Below, piece by piece: positions 35,611 through 46,366 of a stretch of 64,000 bases of DNA; positions within the stretch are counted from its first letter, which is position 1, and every line of letters begins with the position of its first letter. Below the pieces are notes generated by a model. It was not told the origin of the DNA and searched no databases. It saw only the letters and a list, made by a program, of their open reading frames with translations. The stretch spans positions 160,001-224,000 of the forward strand of contig JANRKS010000019.1 in NCBI GenBank assembly GCA_033763315.1, in the 5' to 3' direction. The DNA comes from Deltaproteobacteria bacterium (GTDB lineage Bacteria > Myxococcota_A > Polyangia > Fen-1088). A program made the translations under genes and the position numbers.

Positions 35611-37458
35611 TTAAACGTGCAAACCCACGGCGCGCATCAATGCCAAGGCGTTGCTGCGTTGAACGACGCCCGGCCGGAGCGTGAAATCGAAGGTCATCTC
35701 GTTGTTCTCAAGGTGATCTTGAAAGTGCACGTTCACCACCACGGGCCCCAACGTCTCGGGCAAGCGGGTCAAAGCCAGGTCGTGCGTTGTCACAAGCCCC
35801 ACAGCGTTGTGGGTCAAAAGGCCCTTTACAACGCCGGCCGCACCCGCGCGGCGATCCTCTGAATTGGTGCCCGCAAAGATCTCGTCCAACAAGAACAACA
35901 GTGGTCGTTCCTGATCGTGGCTGGCCAGTTCCACCACCTGCCGCACACGCAGAAGTTCTGCAAAGAAACGTGAACGGCCTTCGGCCAACGAATCGCCCAC
36001 GCGGATCGCCGCACCGATGTTGAAGGGGCACAGCCGCACATCTTGGCCGCACACCACGCTGCCGGCCTGTGCCAGCACAGCGTTGAGACCAATCGCGCGC
36101 AGGTAAGTGCTTTTGCCCGACATGTTTGAGCCGCTGACCATCACCACGCGCACGTCCTGGCCCGCCTCACCAATGTCTTTGCCCCCCGCCTGTGTGCCAA
36201 GCCGCACCGGATTGCTCACGCGTTTGCTGGCGGCAAGCAATGGGTGGCCAAGCGTGCGCGCCGTGTAGCGGGTGATCTCCGTTTCGATCACAGGGCTTTC
36301 ATACGTGGGGTTCTCGAAGGCAAAACCCGCCAGGCTGCACAGCGCCTCAAGGTCAGCCACCGCATCGATCCATTCACCCACAGCCTTGCCGTGTTTGTGG
36401 CGCCATCGTTCGATGGTCAACGCCCACAGGGGCGCCCAAAATGTGGGCCACAACAACGGAATCAGAAGTTGATTGCGATGTGCATCGAAAAAGCCCACAC
36501 GCCGGGACAACACACCGATGAGGCGTGACGGCCGCTCTGCCCCTTGGCCGAGCGCGCGTTTGAGTGAATCAAGGCGCGGGCTATCAAAGGGCGTGGTTTC
36601 GATGATTTGCAACACGATCCCCATCACCTGCAGCTCCACAAGCCGCTTGCCCACTTCGCGCGCCACGCGGATGACGGCATCCAACAAAGCGCGCGTCACA
36701 AAGAAATCGATGAGCAGCAGGCCTAACAGCCACGTGCCTGAAATGCGGCCACTCAATGCCAACGGCGCCACCACCAAAAAACAGGCGCCCAGGATCAGCG
36801 CTGCCGTTACCGCCAACGTGACGTAGCTGCGTGACCAGGGCAGGGGCGGGGCGGCAGCCCATTGGCGAAGATCATCCGGCCGCATTTCATCTCGCAACGT
36901 GGCGCCGGCCACCGCCAATTTCTCGCGCAGCAACGTTTTGGTTCGTAGCTCCATCACCGCCTTTTGGCGATCACGAATCTCTTTGTCGTCGCTTGGGTGC
37001 AGGAGCCAATCCGCCAGGCGCTTTTGCCCCGGTGCCGTGCGTGCCTCGTTGAGGCGTTCAAACAAACTGCCCTTGCCAAACACATCCAGATCCGACGCGT
37101 ACGGGTGCTCGGGCGAAAAAAACGCCAACCCTGTGTCGCCTTGGCCCGCCCAACGATCCTCGAGGCGAGCGATGCCGCGTTCGTAAAAAGCCACGCCCCG
37201 TTCAACGCGCGCGCGTTTTTGCGCCAACAGACTTTCGTAGATCCACAGGGCCACAAAGGCGGCGGCGGGCAGGGCGCTCCACGACGGGCGCAGGTCGTGC
37301 CCACGGTAGGCGACCCACAGAACGGCGACGAAGGCGATCGCCAATCCCAGGCGCAGCAGAGCGCTTCGGCGGTCTTTGACCATCAATGCGGCCACCTGCT
37401 GCTGCCGCTCGACGAGGCCAGCCTGGTAGATCGCCAAAGGCTCTGCGGAGGCCGACAT
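35611..37458 (-). CDS. Membrane-anchored MutS-related ATPase (domain V only)
   Basis: N-terminal TM segments, DLDVFGKGSLF, SGSNMSGKST, LDEIFAGTNS, TTHDL. Confidence 0.88.
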   Translation of the reverse strand: MSASAEPLAIYQAGLVERQQQVAALMVKDRRSALLRLGLAIAFVAVLWVAYRGHDLRPSWSALPAAAFVALWIYESLLAQKRARVERGVAFYERGIARLEDRWAGQGDTGLAFFSPEHPYASDLDVFGKGSLFERLNEARTAPGQKRLADWLLHPSDDKEIRDRQKAVMELRTKTLLREKLAVAGATLRDEMRPDDLRQWAAAPPLPWSRSYVTLAVTAALILGACFLVVAPLALSGRISGTWLLGLLLIDFFVTRALLDAVIRVAREVGKRLVELQVMGIVLQIIETTPFDSPRLDSLKRALGQGAERPSRLIGVLSRRVGFFDAHRNQLLIPLLWPTFWAPLWALTIERWRHKHGKAVGEWIDAVADLEALCSLAGFAFENPTYESPVIETEITRYTARTLGHPLLAASKRVSNPVRLGTQAGGKDIGEAGQDVRVVMVSGSNMSGKSTYLRAIGLNAVLAQAGSVVCGQDVRLCPFNIGAAIRVGDSLAEGRSRFFAELLRVRQVVELASHDQERPLLFLLDEIFAGTNSEDRRAGAAGVVKGLLTHNAVGLVTTHDLALTRLPETLGPVVVNVHFQDHLENNEMTFDFTLRPGVVQRSNALALMRAVGLHV

Positions 37459-37479
37459 GCGTGCGTTTAGGGAAAAGGC

Positions 37480-39216
37480 CTAGCCGACCAGGTGGTCGAT
37501 CGATAAGGCGGCAAAGAGCAGCATCAAATACACGATGGAGTAGGCGAACAAGCTTTTGCCCCACTTGGACGCGGGTGCGCCGACTGTGACGCGATAGCCT
37601 GCGGCGGTCCAGCCAATAAACACAAGGCCAAGCAGCGTTGCGGAGGCGCCGTAGAGCCATCCGGCCACGTCCAGCGGCACCAAGCTCAAGCTCACCCCCA
37701 CCATGGCCACCGCGCACCACAACGCCCAAGCACGAGTGGCGCGCATGCCGTATTCGGCTGGCATGACTTTGAAGCCCGCGTTCGTGTAGTCCTGCACGCG
37801 GAACACGGAGATCGCCAAAAAGTGCGGGATTTGCCACAGAAACAGAATCCCGAACAGCACCAAGCCAGGCAAATCCATGCGGTCGGTGGCGGTGGTCCAC
37901 CCCATCAGCGGTGGCAGTGCTCCGGGTACCGCGCCGACGAACAGCGCGATTGACGACTTCTGCTTTAGCGGCGTGTACATAAACACGTAGCTCGCAAACG
38001 CGACGAAACCCAGCAAGCACGTAAGGCCATTGCCGCCAATGAGCATCAGCGGCAAGGACAAGCACAGAAGCGCGGTGCCCGTTGCCACCGCCGCATCGGC
38101 TGAGAGACGCCCTTGGGGTAACGGCCGGTTGCGCGTGCGCTTCATCAATCGATCGATGTCGCGCTCCAGGTACATGTTAAGCGCGTTTGCCGCACCCACG
38201 ATCAGCAGGGTGCCCGCCAGGGCGATCATCGCGCGCCAGGCTTGCTGCGTTTGCGGGGCCAACCACAACCCACCGCCAAAGGTGGCGATCACCATCACCG
38301 AGATGCGTGGCTTGGTGAGCGCGATCAACTCGCGTCCAAGCGCGCGCAGGCTGACGCCAACGTGAGCGGTTTTGGGGGGAGCGCTGCCAAGATAGAGCCC
38401 CCATTCGGCGGCCAACAAAGCCACACCCAAACCGATGTGGGCCTGCAGAGATGTTAGTGGCAAAACTTCCGCAACGGCGCGCACACCCAACAAGGCTTGC
38501 GCCACCACCAACAACACAACGGTGCCCGCCAACCCACGCAGCCAAGGCCGAGACGGTGTGACGATGTACATCGCAACCGCCGAGAAGGACACCAACGCAA
38601 CCGTTGCCATTGAGCCTATGCGGTGCAGACGAAACACCATGGCGGTGGCCTCATCGTTGGCCCACAAGGCTCCGCCCGTGGCTCCCGCGTAGCGCACCAA
38701 CGCCCCGAGCAACATCTGCGACACCATGACCACGCCCGCCACCAGAACCCAACGTCGGACACGCGGGCTGACCAGCGCAAGTCCGGGGGCGGCGGCCAAG
38801 GGAGCCGTGCCCACTGCGAGGTAGAGCACAGTCAAAAAGAACGCGACGGCGCCGGCATTTTGCAGGGCTCCCAGCTCTTGTGGCAGGTGCAGCTTCGGCG
38901 ACAAGACGGCCCACAACACAAGCCCCACCAACAGGGCCGAGGCGGACCAGGCGGCGCGTACCAACGAAGGGTGCTGGCGCCGAAACTTGGTCAGATGCAG
39001 CGAAATGGCGAACGTCAAACCGGCGCCAGCCACGCCCAGAACGCGGGCCGCGGTGGCGTTGACGGCGGCGCTCAAAAACCCCGACTGGCTTTGTGCCATG
39101 CCGGCCACAAGCAGCAACCCGCAGGCCGCGAGGGCGGCCACCACAGCGGCAACGTGCAAAACAACAGACGGCCGCGCGTGCGGCCGTCCGGTTAATGGGT
39201 GCGAAGAGGGGATCAA
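37480..39216 (-). CDS. ctaB: Heme O synthase (protoheme IX farnesyltransferase) fused to an N-terminal CtaA/COX15-like domain
   Basis: LTKPRI, NMYLERDIDRLMKRTRNRPLP, YTPLK, GALPPLMGW, WQIPHF. N-terminal half has QMLLGALVR, LHR, QALLG, AH. Confidence 0.88.
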   Translation of the reverse strand: MIPSSHPLTGRPHARPSVVLHVAAVVAALAACGLLLVAGMAQSQSGFLSAAVNATAARVLGVAGAGLTFAISLHLTKFRRQHPSLVRAAWSASALLVGLVLWAVLSPKLHLPQELGALQNAGAVAFFLTVLYLAVGTAPLAAAPGLALVSPRVRRWVLVAGVVMVSQMLLGALVRYAGATGGALWANDEATAMVFRLHRIGSMATVALVSFSAVAMYIVTPSRPWLRGLAGTVVLLVVAQALLGVRAVAEVLPLTSLQAHIGLGVALLAAEWGLYLGSAPPKTAHVGVSLRALGRELIALTKPRISVMVIATFGGGLWLAPQTQQAWRAMIALAGTLLIVGAANALNMYLERDIDRLMKRTRNRPLPQGRLSADAAVATGTALLCLSLPLMLIGGNGLTCLLGFVAFASYVFMYTPLKQKSSIALFVGAVPGALPPLMGWTTATDRMDLPGLVLFGILFLWQIPHFLAISVFRVQDYTNAGFKVMPAEYGMRATRAWALWCAVAMVGVSLSLVPLDVAGWLYGASATLLGLVFIGWTAAGYRVTVGAPASKWGKSLFAYSIVYLMLLFAALSIDHLVG

Positions 39217-39271
39217 AGGCTTCTTTGGCTCCTGCCCCCGGCTTAGCAGCCTCGCGCCGGGGAAGCGCGAA

Positions 39272-39982
39272 TTACTTCGCCGCCATTTCCAAATTTAAGG
39301 CGGCAGGCTTGCCGGCTTTTACCTCAACATCCACCGTCTGGGTACCCAATTTCTCGTGCCAGTATTCAACTGTGTATTTTCCGGCAGGAACGTTGTTGAT
39401 CGTGAAGCTGCCATCGGCACTCGACACCGCGTAATAGGGGTTGTCGACCACGACCACCCAACCGGTCATCCAAGGGTGCACGTCGCACTTGAACTTCACA
39501 ATGTCGCCGCTCTTGGCGAACTTCTTCTTCAACGGAGGGAAACCTTGCGGCTGAGCCTGGTTGAACAGCGTGGCCGGACCCTTATAGGTGTGCACGTTGT
39601 GCAGTGTTTGGTCGCTGTTCTTGATCAGGATCTGCTGGCCGGCCACCGCCACGGCCACACGCGGTACGTAAGTACAGCCGTTTTGGTCCAAAACCACGTC
39701 GCCCGTGGCCGCCGGTGACGTTCCGGTCACGCCTTTGGCCAAACGAACCACCACGTTCTTCAAACCGCCCTTGCCGTCTGCCACGACGCTCTCGTCTTTG
39801 GCCGTGTGCTGCGCACAGAAGGGGTCAGACTTCATGTTCAGCTCTTCCGCCTTGGGAACGGCGCCTTTGACCTTCACGGTGCCCTTGATCGAGCCTGTGT
39901 CGGCGGCGAATGCGGGGGCGGCGGCTGCCAGCGTAAGAACGGAAGCGAAGACGGTGACGAGAGCTTGGTTCAATTTAGACAT
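39272..39982 (-). CDS. Secreted cupredoxin-like / carboxypeptidase-regulatory-like domain protein
   Basis: Signal peptide; LDQNGCTYVP, NSDQTLHNVH, KCDVHPWM, VPAGKYTVEYWHE. Start ATG 39982. Confidence 0.8.
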   Translation of the reverse strand: MSKLNQALVTVFASVLTLAAAAPAFAADTGSIKGTVKVKGAVPKAEELNMKSDPFCAQHTAKDESVVADGKGGLKNVVVRLAKGVTGTSPAATGDVVLDQNGCTYVPRVAVAVAGQQILIKNSDQTLHNVHTYKGPATLFNQAQPQGFPPLKKKFAKSGDIVKFKCDVHPWMTGWVVVVDNPYYAVSSADGSFTINNVPAGKYTVEYWHEKLGTQTVDVEVKAGKPAALNLEMAAK

Positions 39983-40104
39983 CCGGGTCTCCTGATCGAA
40001 TCGGAAGCGAAGGTTGGCGCTACAAGAGGTTGGCAACTATCTACCAGAAGACGGGTGAGCCCGCTGTTTCATTCATCTTTTCGAAACTCTGGGTGTGATG
40101 AAAC

Positions 40105-40138
40105 GCAAAAAGCCCCCGCCTGAGGCAGGGGCTTTTGC
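40105..40138. terminator. Bidirectional intrinsic terminator
   Basis: GCAAAAAGCCCCCGCC-TGA-GGCAGGGGCTTTTGC. Confidence 0.75.
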
Positions 40139-40160
40139 GAGACACAGCCGCGCGGGGCGG

Positions 40161-40185
40161 CTGTGCGGTCACTGTGCGGTCACTG
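40161..40185. repeat. 11-bp tandem duplication covering a stop codon
   Basis: CTGTGCGGTCA twice, then CTG. Confidence 0.7.
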
Positions 40186-42066
40186 AGCGATTTTCCGCTG
40201 TTTGAATTCAGGGGCCAGAGCCACCGTGCGGAACATGTCCTTGAGGGACCCGTTGCCGTTCAAGCTGGTCCGCAAGCGCTCAAGGGCGCAATTGTCGGTG
40301 TCGTTCTTGGTGTCTTCCCAGCGCGCAAACGTGTAGCGGAAGTAGTTGCGCGCCAAACAGGCCTGCGCCTTGCCGCTCTCGACGATGCGGTCCATCAGCT
40401 CACGCGCGCCCGATACCTCACGCTCATCCGAATCAAACACCCGTGGGATGGCCTTGGTGTTGATGTCCAGGCGGCGCAACTCTTTGCCCGTGCTGTCGAA
40501 CTGCACTTCCTGGCTGCGATGGCGCCCCAAGGCATCGAAATCCTCCGTTGCGAAGCCCAATCCGTTGATCAGGCTCTCGTGGCAGCCCTTGCACGTGGTG
40601 CCGTCTTGTTGCGTGATCAATTCAACCGCTTGGCGCGTGGTGCGGTTGGTTGTGTCAACAGGCGTGTTGCCGGCGCCGGGCGGCGGGGGAGGGATCGTGT
40701 CGCACAACACGCTGTTGCGGATGTACACGCCCTTCATGACGGGCCGTGTGTTCACCAAGCCGGTGGCCAAGAACGCCGCGCGGGTCAGGAAGCCAGGGCG
40801 TTCGCCTGCTGGCAAGGAGGGCGGATTCCCCTGGCCATTCCAAGCGGACACCCCATAGATCTTCGCCATGTCGGCTGTCTTTGCGAACGAAAGTTCGCTG
40901 GTCAACAGCTCCTTGACGCCGGCCGGTTTCTCCCAGGTGTAATACTGGAACATATCCACCGCGTCGTTGATCATGTTGGTCTTCAGCATGTTGGTGACAG
41001 CCAAGTCGCCAGCCAACGCTTTGAAGTCCTTACGTTCATTCAAGGCGTCCATGGCGGGCAGATCCTCCACCTTCAGATAATCGGTGAAGAACTCTTGCGA
41101 CGACTTGCGTGTACGAGCGTCGCCCATCAAGCGATCCACCTGTTTCTCGTACTCAACGGAATCGCTCAAAGCGCCTGACTTCGCGGACTCCCACAGTTCG
41201 TCGTCCGGCATCGATTGCAAGAAGTGATAAGAGAGGCGCGACGCCAGTTCAAACGGGCTCAGCTGGTAAAGGTTCGCCTTGTTCGCGACCGCTTTATCGC
41301 CATGCTCCACCATGTAGAGGAACTGGGGGGCCGTGAGGAAGCCCGCGATGATGTCTGCAAAGCCCGCTGGATCGATCCCTGTGGAGGTCCCGTAGAAGCC
41401 CTTATAGAAGTCGACTTCGCCGCTTTCCAAAGGACGGCGCAGAGCCCGCTCTCCGAACTTCTTCACGAAGTCAGTGATGCAGGTGGCGTCGTTGGCGGCG
41501 TTGGCGTCTGTTGCGCAGGCGCCGGCCAACTTGGCCAGCCGCGCCGATTGGCTCAGCTGTGCACCGATCTGTGTGGCCACGTCGTAAGTGACGTCCACAT
41601 GGGATTGCTGCAAATCTTGGTCTAGCTGGCGGTAGCTGCCGTGCAGGTCTTGAGAGTTTCGCTCGCGTTCTTCGGCCGGGAACTTGGCCACAGCCGTTGA
41701 TACCGCGCTCCAGACCTTCATCGCCTCAGCGTCGTCACCCAGGGCCTTCGCCATCAGGTCACGTACGGTGTTCTTGTATTGCGTGGCGGTCAGTTTTCGG
41801 AGGCCTACGGCGTCCGGAACGGCGTCCTTGTCACAGGAAAACGAAGGAGGCGTACCGATGACTTTGCCGGTGTCATCGACAACGTCTGGAGGCTTGCCGC
41901 CCTCTCCAGTTGAGCCACCGTCGCCGCCGCCTTCGCCCCCGTTGTCTGAGTTGGAACTCGGACCGGCGCTGCCAACGCAACCGCCCATCAACGTTGCGCC
42001 AACCGCAACCAAGCCAAACATGCGATGCCAGGAGAACTTCCGAACTTCAACTACCGACTGCTTCAT
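40180..42066 (-). CDS. DUF1587/1595/1592/1588/1585 multi-domain lipoprotein with CxxCH
   Basis: MGG-C lipobox; LRKLTATQYKNTVRDL, ALRRPL, ELASRLSY..SMPDDEL, RPGFLT, TTCKGCH, GFATEDFDALGR. Confidence 0.85.
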   Translation of the reverse strand: MKQSVVEVRKFSWHRMFGLVAVGATLMGGCVGSAGPSSNSDNGGEGGGDGGSTGEGGKPPDVVDDTGKVIGTPPSFSCDKDAVPDAVGLRKLTATQYKNTVRDLMAKALGDDAEAMKVWSAVSTAVAKFPAEERERNSQDLHGSYRQLDQDLQQSHVDVTYDVATQIGAQLSQSARLAKLAGACATDANAANDATCITDFVKKFGERALRRPLESGEVDFYKGFYGTSTGIDPAGFADIIAGFLTAPQFLYMVEHGDKAVANKANLYQLSPFELASRLSYHFLQSMPDDELWESAKSGALSDSVEYEKQVDRLMGDARTRKSSQEFFTDYLKVEDLPAMDALNERKDFKALAGDLAVTNMLKTNMINDAVDMFQYYTWEKPAGVKELLTSELSFAKTADMAKIYGVSAWNGQGNPPSLPAGERPGFLTRAAFLATGLVNTRPVMKGVYIRNSVLCDTIPPPPPGAGNTPVDTTNRTTRQAVELITQQDGTTCKGCHESLINGLGFATEDFDALGRHRSQEVQFDSTGKELRRLDINTKAIPRVFDSDEREVSGARELMDRIVESGKAQACLARNYFRYTFARWEDTKNDTDNCALERLRTSLNGNGSLKDMFRTVALAPEFKQRKIAQ

Positions 42067-42398
42067 GGTAGCTCCTTCGCGGCCGGGACAGGGCGCGATA
42101 TCAAGGGCCTCTCGAACTACTAAACCTCTGATTTAAGTTACCGGCACACAACGGCGCCGTTAACCCCATAGTCATAACGTAGCTTATCCCCCCGGGGGCC
42201 GGGAAAACAGCGGCATATGGTCGATTTTTACGGCGATTGGACGCCCCAACGTCCTGTTTTTGCGCCCGTATAGGAGGATATAACTAATAGATATGAGATT
42301 TGTTTGTGTGGGCACATGTGGGTTTGTTAGGTTTCGTCACCAACACAACGCCCCTTACGTTTCCGGCTGCTGCAGGTTAGGTTCTCGGGCCAGTCAAC

Positions 42399-43925
42399 AT
42401 GCCCAACCGCAGTCCCCATCTTCCCAGCCGCGCCGACTTTATCGGCATGGCCAGCAAGGGCCGCCTGGGCTTCGTGTTCCGTGAGATCTTGGCTGATGCC
42501 GAGACCCCCGTGTCTGTATATGCGAAGCTCGGCCGTGGACCTTATTCCTTTCTGCTTGAAAGCGTTGTGGGCGGCGAAAAATGGGCGGCTTATAGCTTTG
42601 TGGGCGTGAAGCCGCGCCAAGTCATTAGGGCCAACAAGGGCCAAGTGGAAATCCTCGAGCCTGACGCCCATGGCGCGTTCGTGGTGCGCACGAGCCAAGC
42701 CGTTGCCAACCCCGTGGCCTTCATCGACGCCACGCTCGCTGACCTTGCGCCCGTGGTGCCTCCGGGCCTGCCGCGCTTTATTGGTGGGGCCGTGGGGTTT
42801 TTAGCCTACGACGCCGTTCGGTGGTTTGAACGCCTGCCCAACCGGGCGCCCGACGAGTTGGGGTTGCCCGACATGTGTTTTGCGATCACGGACACGGTGG
42901 TGGTGTTCGACAACTTGCGCGGCACCATCAAGGTCGTGGCATCGGCCAATCTGAGCGGGGACCCGGGCAGCGCGTGGGACGAGGCTTGCCAACGCATCGA
43001 CGATATCATCGCGACGCTCGGCCGATCAGCCGCGCCCAAGCCTTTGGATCTCACGTTCGTCACGGACGGCACATCGCCGTTGCCCGTATCGCGATCGGGT
43101 CAGGCGCTTTACGAATCGTCGATCGGCAAGATCCACGAATACATCAAGGCGGGAGACGCGTTTCAAGTGGTGCTATCGCAGCGCTTCGAGGTGCCACGGG
43201 AAGATGTGGATCCGTTCGATGTGTACCGCATTTTGAGGGTCACGAACCCGTCGCCTTACATGTTCCACCTTGAGTTTCCGGAGGCACAAGTCACGGGAGC
43301 GTCACCCGAAGCGCTGGTGCGGCTCGATGGACGTCGCGTGGAGGTGCGTCCGATCGCCGGCACCCGTCCGCGCGGCAAAACACCTGCCGAGGACAAGGCC
43401 TTCGAAGAAGAGTTGAAAGCGGATCCGAAGGAACTTGCCGAGCACGTCATGTTGATCGACCTCGGCCGCAACGACGTCGGCCGCGTCTGCGCACGGGGCA
43501 GCGTCAAAGTGGATGAAGTGATGGTGATCGAACGCTACAGCCACGTGATGCACATTGTGTCGAATGTGTCGGGCGTGCTCGACGAGGGCCAGCGGCCTGC
43601 CGATGTGATTCGCGCCGCGTTCCCCGCAGGCACGCTTTCGGGCGCACCGAAGATCCGCGCCATGCAGATCATCGATGAGCTTGAGCCTTCTCGGCGCGGC
43701 ATCTATGGCGGCGCCGTGGGTTACATCTCATATCAAGGCAATGTGGATCTCGCGATCGCCATCCGAACCTTGGTGACCAAAGGCGATAAGATCTACATTC
43801 AGGCGGGCGCGGGTGTGGTGGCCGACAGCCAACCCGCCGCCGAATACGCTGAATGTGAAAACAAGGCTAGGGCCGTGATCGTGGCCATTGAACGCGCGCG
43901 CCAAGCGCGCAAGGGAAGCAATTAA
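42399..43925 (+). CDS. trpE: Anthranilate synthase component I
   Basis: [49 protein letters not shown]. Confidence 0.96.
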   Translation: MPNRSPHLPSRADFIGMASKGRLGFVFREILADAETPVSVYAKLGRGPYSFLLESVVGGEKWAAYSFVGVKPRQVIRANKGQVEILEPDAHGAFVVRTSQAVANPVAFIDATLADLAPVVPPGLPRFIGGAVGFLAYDAVRWFERLPNRAPDELGLPDMCFAITDTVVVFDNLRGTIKVVASANLSGDPGSAWDEACQRIDDIIATLGRSAAPKPLDLTFVTDGTSPLPVSRSGQALYESSIGKIHEYIKAGDAFQVVLSQRFEVPREDVDPFDVYRILRVTNPSPYMFHLEFPEAQVTGASPEALVRLDGRRVEVRPIAGTRPRGKTPAEDKAFEEELKADPKELAEHVMLIDLGRNDVGRVCARGSVKVDEVMVIERYSHVMHIVSNVSGVLDEGQRPADVIRAAFPAGTLSGAPKIRAMQIIDELEPSRRGIYGGAVGYISYQGNVDLAIAIRTLVTKGDKIYIQAGAGVVADSQPAAEYAECENKARAVIVAIERARQARKGSN

Positions 43926-43927
43926 AC

Positions 43928-44515
43928 GTGCTGTTGGTCATCGATAACTACGATTCGTTCACCTATAACTTGGTGCAATACCTGGCCGAGTTAGGCGAGG
44001 ACGTCAAAGTGATCCGCAACGACGAGATCGCGGCCACGGCCGTGGCGGATCTGAATCCCTCAAGGATCGTGTTGTCTCCCGGTCCGTGCACGCCGAACGA
44101 AGCCGGCATCACCTTGGATGTAATCAAGCTCTATGCGGGCAAGATTCCACTTCTGGGCGTGTGTTTGGGGCATCAAGCGATAGGCCAAGCGTTCGGCGGC
44201 GAAGTTATTCGAGCCAAGCAAGTGGTTCACGGCAAGACGTCTCGGATCTTTCACGACGAGCAGGGTGTGTTTGCTGATCTGCCCAACCCATTCGAGGCCA
44301 CGCGCTACCATTCCCTGGTGCTGCGCAAAGAATCGCTGCCGGACTGCCTGCAGGTCACGGCGAAGACGTGGGACGAAGAGATCATGGGTGTGCGCCACAA
44401 AACTTTGGCGGTCGAGGGCGTGCAATTTCACCCTGAGTCGTTTTTGACGACGGTGGGCAAGAAGCTGTTAGCAAATTTCTTGGGGAAGCCTTACACGCTG
44501 GAGGCGGGGCGTTGA
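43928..44515 (+). CDS. trpG: Anthranilate synthase component II (glutamine amidotransferase)
   Basis: [33 protein letters not shown]. Confidence 0.95.
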   Translation: MLLVIDNYDSFTYNLVQYLAELGEDVKVIRNDEIAATAVADLNPSRIVLSPGPCTPNEAGITLDVIKLYAGKIPLLGVCLGHQAIGQAFGGEVIRAKQVVHGKTSRIFHDEQGVFADLPNPFEATRYHSLVLRKESLPDCLQVTAKTWDEEIMGVRHKTLAVEGVQFHPESFLTTVGKKLLANFLGKPYTLEAGR

Positions 44516-45549
44516 CCCCTCCTGAAGCGATCAAAAGCGCCCTTGCCTCCGTCGTGACAGGCAAGGACTTGTCGCAAGACGAGATGGCTGCGGTTGTGGG
44601 CTTGTTCATGGATGGCCACGCCACAGGTGCGCAGATCGGCTCGCTGCTGACGGCCTTACGCATGAAAGGCGAAACCGTGGATGAGGTCGTGGGGGCCGCA
44701 CTGGCGATGCGCAGCCGCATGACCCGCGTTGAGTGCGACCTGCCTGTGATGGTTGATACGTGCGGCACGGGTGGCGATGGTTCTGGATCGGTGAACGTGT
44801 CCACGTTGGCCGCGTTCGTTGTGGCCGCCTGTGGCGTGCCCGTGGCAAAACATGGCAACCGCGCGTTGTCTTCACGCTCGGGCTCGCACGACGTGATTGA
44901 AGCGTTGGGCATTAACCCAGCCCCGTCACCGGAGCTCGCGCATATCTGTTTGCGCGACGTGGGCCTCGCGTTCTTGTTCGCCCCCACGTACCACACAGCC
45001 ACCAAAGCGGTGGCCGGGGCGCGGCGCGAATTGGGTTTTCGCACGCTATTCAATTTGCTGGGACCCTTGACGAATCCGGCGGGCGCCCGCCATCACATGA
45101 ACGGTGTGTTCGCGCCTGAACGTGTGACCTTCTTGGCCGAAGCTCATCAGAAGCTCGGCGCAACGCGCGCGCTGGTTGTGCATGGGCACGGCGGCCTTGA
45201 CGAAATCGCCACCGAGGGCAAATCCTTGGTGGCCGAGTTGCGTGACGGCCTGGTGAGAACCTACGAGGTTTCCCCTGCTGATTTTGAGTTGCCAGAACAC
45301 GACGCAAAGGGCCTCCTGGGTGGGCTGCCCGACGAAAACGCGCGCTTATTGTTGGCGGCGATCGGCGGCGAGGCGGGGGCGTATCGCTCGGCCGCCGTGA
45401 TGTCGGCAGCGGCCGCGGTGTTTGTGGCCGGCAAAGCCCCGTCGCTGTCAGCGGCGGCGCGGCTTTGTGAACAAGCGATTGATTCAGGCAAGGCCATGCA
45501 GATTCTGCAAAGGTTGCGGCAAATCGCACCTTGTGTGCCACCAGCCTAA
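44512..45549 (+). CDS. trpD: Anthranilate phosphoribosyltransferase
   Basis: [32 protein letters not shown]. Confidence 0.96.
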   Translation: MTPPEAIKSALASVVTGKDLSQDEMAAVVGLFMDGHATGAQIGSLLTALRMKGETVDEVVGAALAMRSRMTRVECDLPVMVDTCGTGGDGSGSVNVSTLAAFVVAACGVPVAKHGNRALSSRSGSHDVIEALGINPAPSPELAHICLRDVGLAFLFAPTYHTATKAVAGARRELGFRTLFNLLGPLTNPAGARHHMNGVFAPERVTFLAEAHQKLGATRALVVHGHGGLDEIATEGKSLVAELRDGLVRTYEVSPADFELPEHDAKGLLGGLPDENARLLLAAIGGEAGAYRSAAVMSAAAAVFVAGKAPSLSAAARLCEQAIDSGKAMQILQRLRQIAPCVPPA

Positions 45550-45574
45550 CCAGAGTTCGGAGACAACAGCAACG

Positions 45575-46366
45575 ATGTCTGGCATCGCCATCTTGAACCA
45601 AATCATCGAGCGCACGCGCGCCGACTTGTCCGTTCGCCAAGCGGCCGTTCCGGTTGAGGCGCTGCAGGAGCGCGCGAAGCACCAGGCACCGCCGCGGCCA
45701 TTCGCCCAGGCCCTGCGCCGGTCCGGCCAAATCACGTGCATTTCTGAAGTGAAACGGCGCTCGCCCTCCGCCGGGTGGATCCGCGAAACGGCTGACGCGG
45801 TCGATGTGGCACGCCGCTACCAAGCGGGTGGGGCGGCGGCGATCTCGGTGCTCACCGACCAGCCATTTTTCGGGGGCACCCTGGACGATCTCGTGCAGGT
45901 CAAGGCGGCCGTGGACCTGCCGATACTTCGCAAGGATTTCATGATTGACCCGTACCAAGTGGTCGAAGCGCGCGCCTTTGGGGCCGACGCCATTTTGTTG
46001 ATCGTGGCGGCTTTGCCGGACGCCACAATCTCCCAATTGTTGGCGCAGGCCCACGATTTGAAGATGGACGTGCTTGTGGAAACGCACGACGAGGCAGAGA
46101 TAGCGCGCGCGCTTTCTGTAGGTGCGTCGCTTATAGGCATCAACCACCGCGATTTGCGCACCTTCGCTATGGACATGGATTTAGCTGTGCGCATGCGCTC
46201 CAAGATTCCCAACGACCGCATACTTGTGGCAGAGTCGGGCCTTAAGACCAGTGCCGATGTGGCGCGCATGAAGGCGGGCGGCATCGATGCCGTGTTGGTG
46301 GGTGAGGGCCTGATGAGACAGCAAGATCCAGGGCAAGCGCTAAGGCAACTGTTGGAAGCCGCATGA
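45575..46366 (+). CDS. trpC: Indole-3-glycerol phosphate synthase
   Basis: EVKRRSPSAG, ISVLTD, LRKDF, GADAILLI, AESG, LVGE. Start ATG 45575. Confidence 0.96.
   Translation: MSGIAILNQIIERTRADLSVRQAAVPVEALQERAKHQAPPRPFAQALRRSGQITCISEVKRRSPSAGWIRETADAVDVARRYQAGGAAAISVLTDQPFFGGTLDDLVQVKAAVDLPILRKDFMIDPYQVVEARAFGADAILLIVAALPDATISQLLAQAHDLKMDVLVETHDEAEIARALSVGASLIGINHRDLRTFAMDMDLAVRMRSKIPNDRILVAESGLKTSADVARMKAGGIDAVLVGEGLMRQQDPGQALRQLLEAA

Noticed and set aside
35611-37458. Canonical mutS partner of mutL
   Set aside because: It lacks mismatch-binding domains and has TM segments; it belongs to a separate MutS-like family.
42293-42484. trp leader peptide
   Set aside because: No Trp codons and no terminator before trpE.
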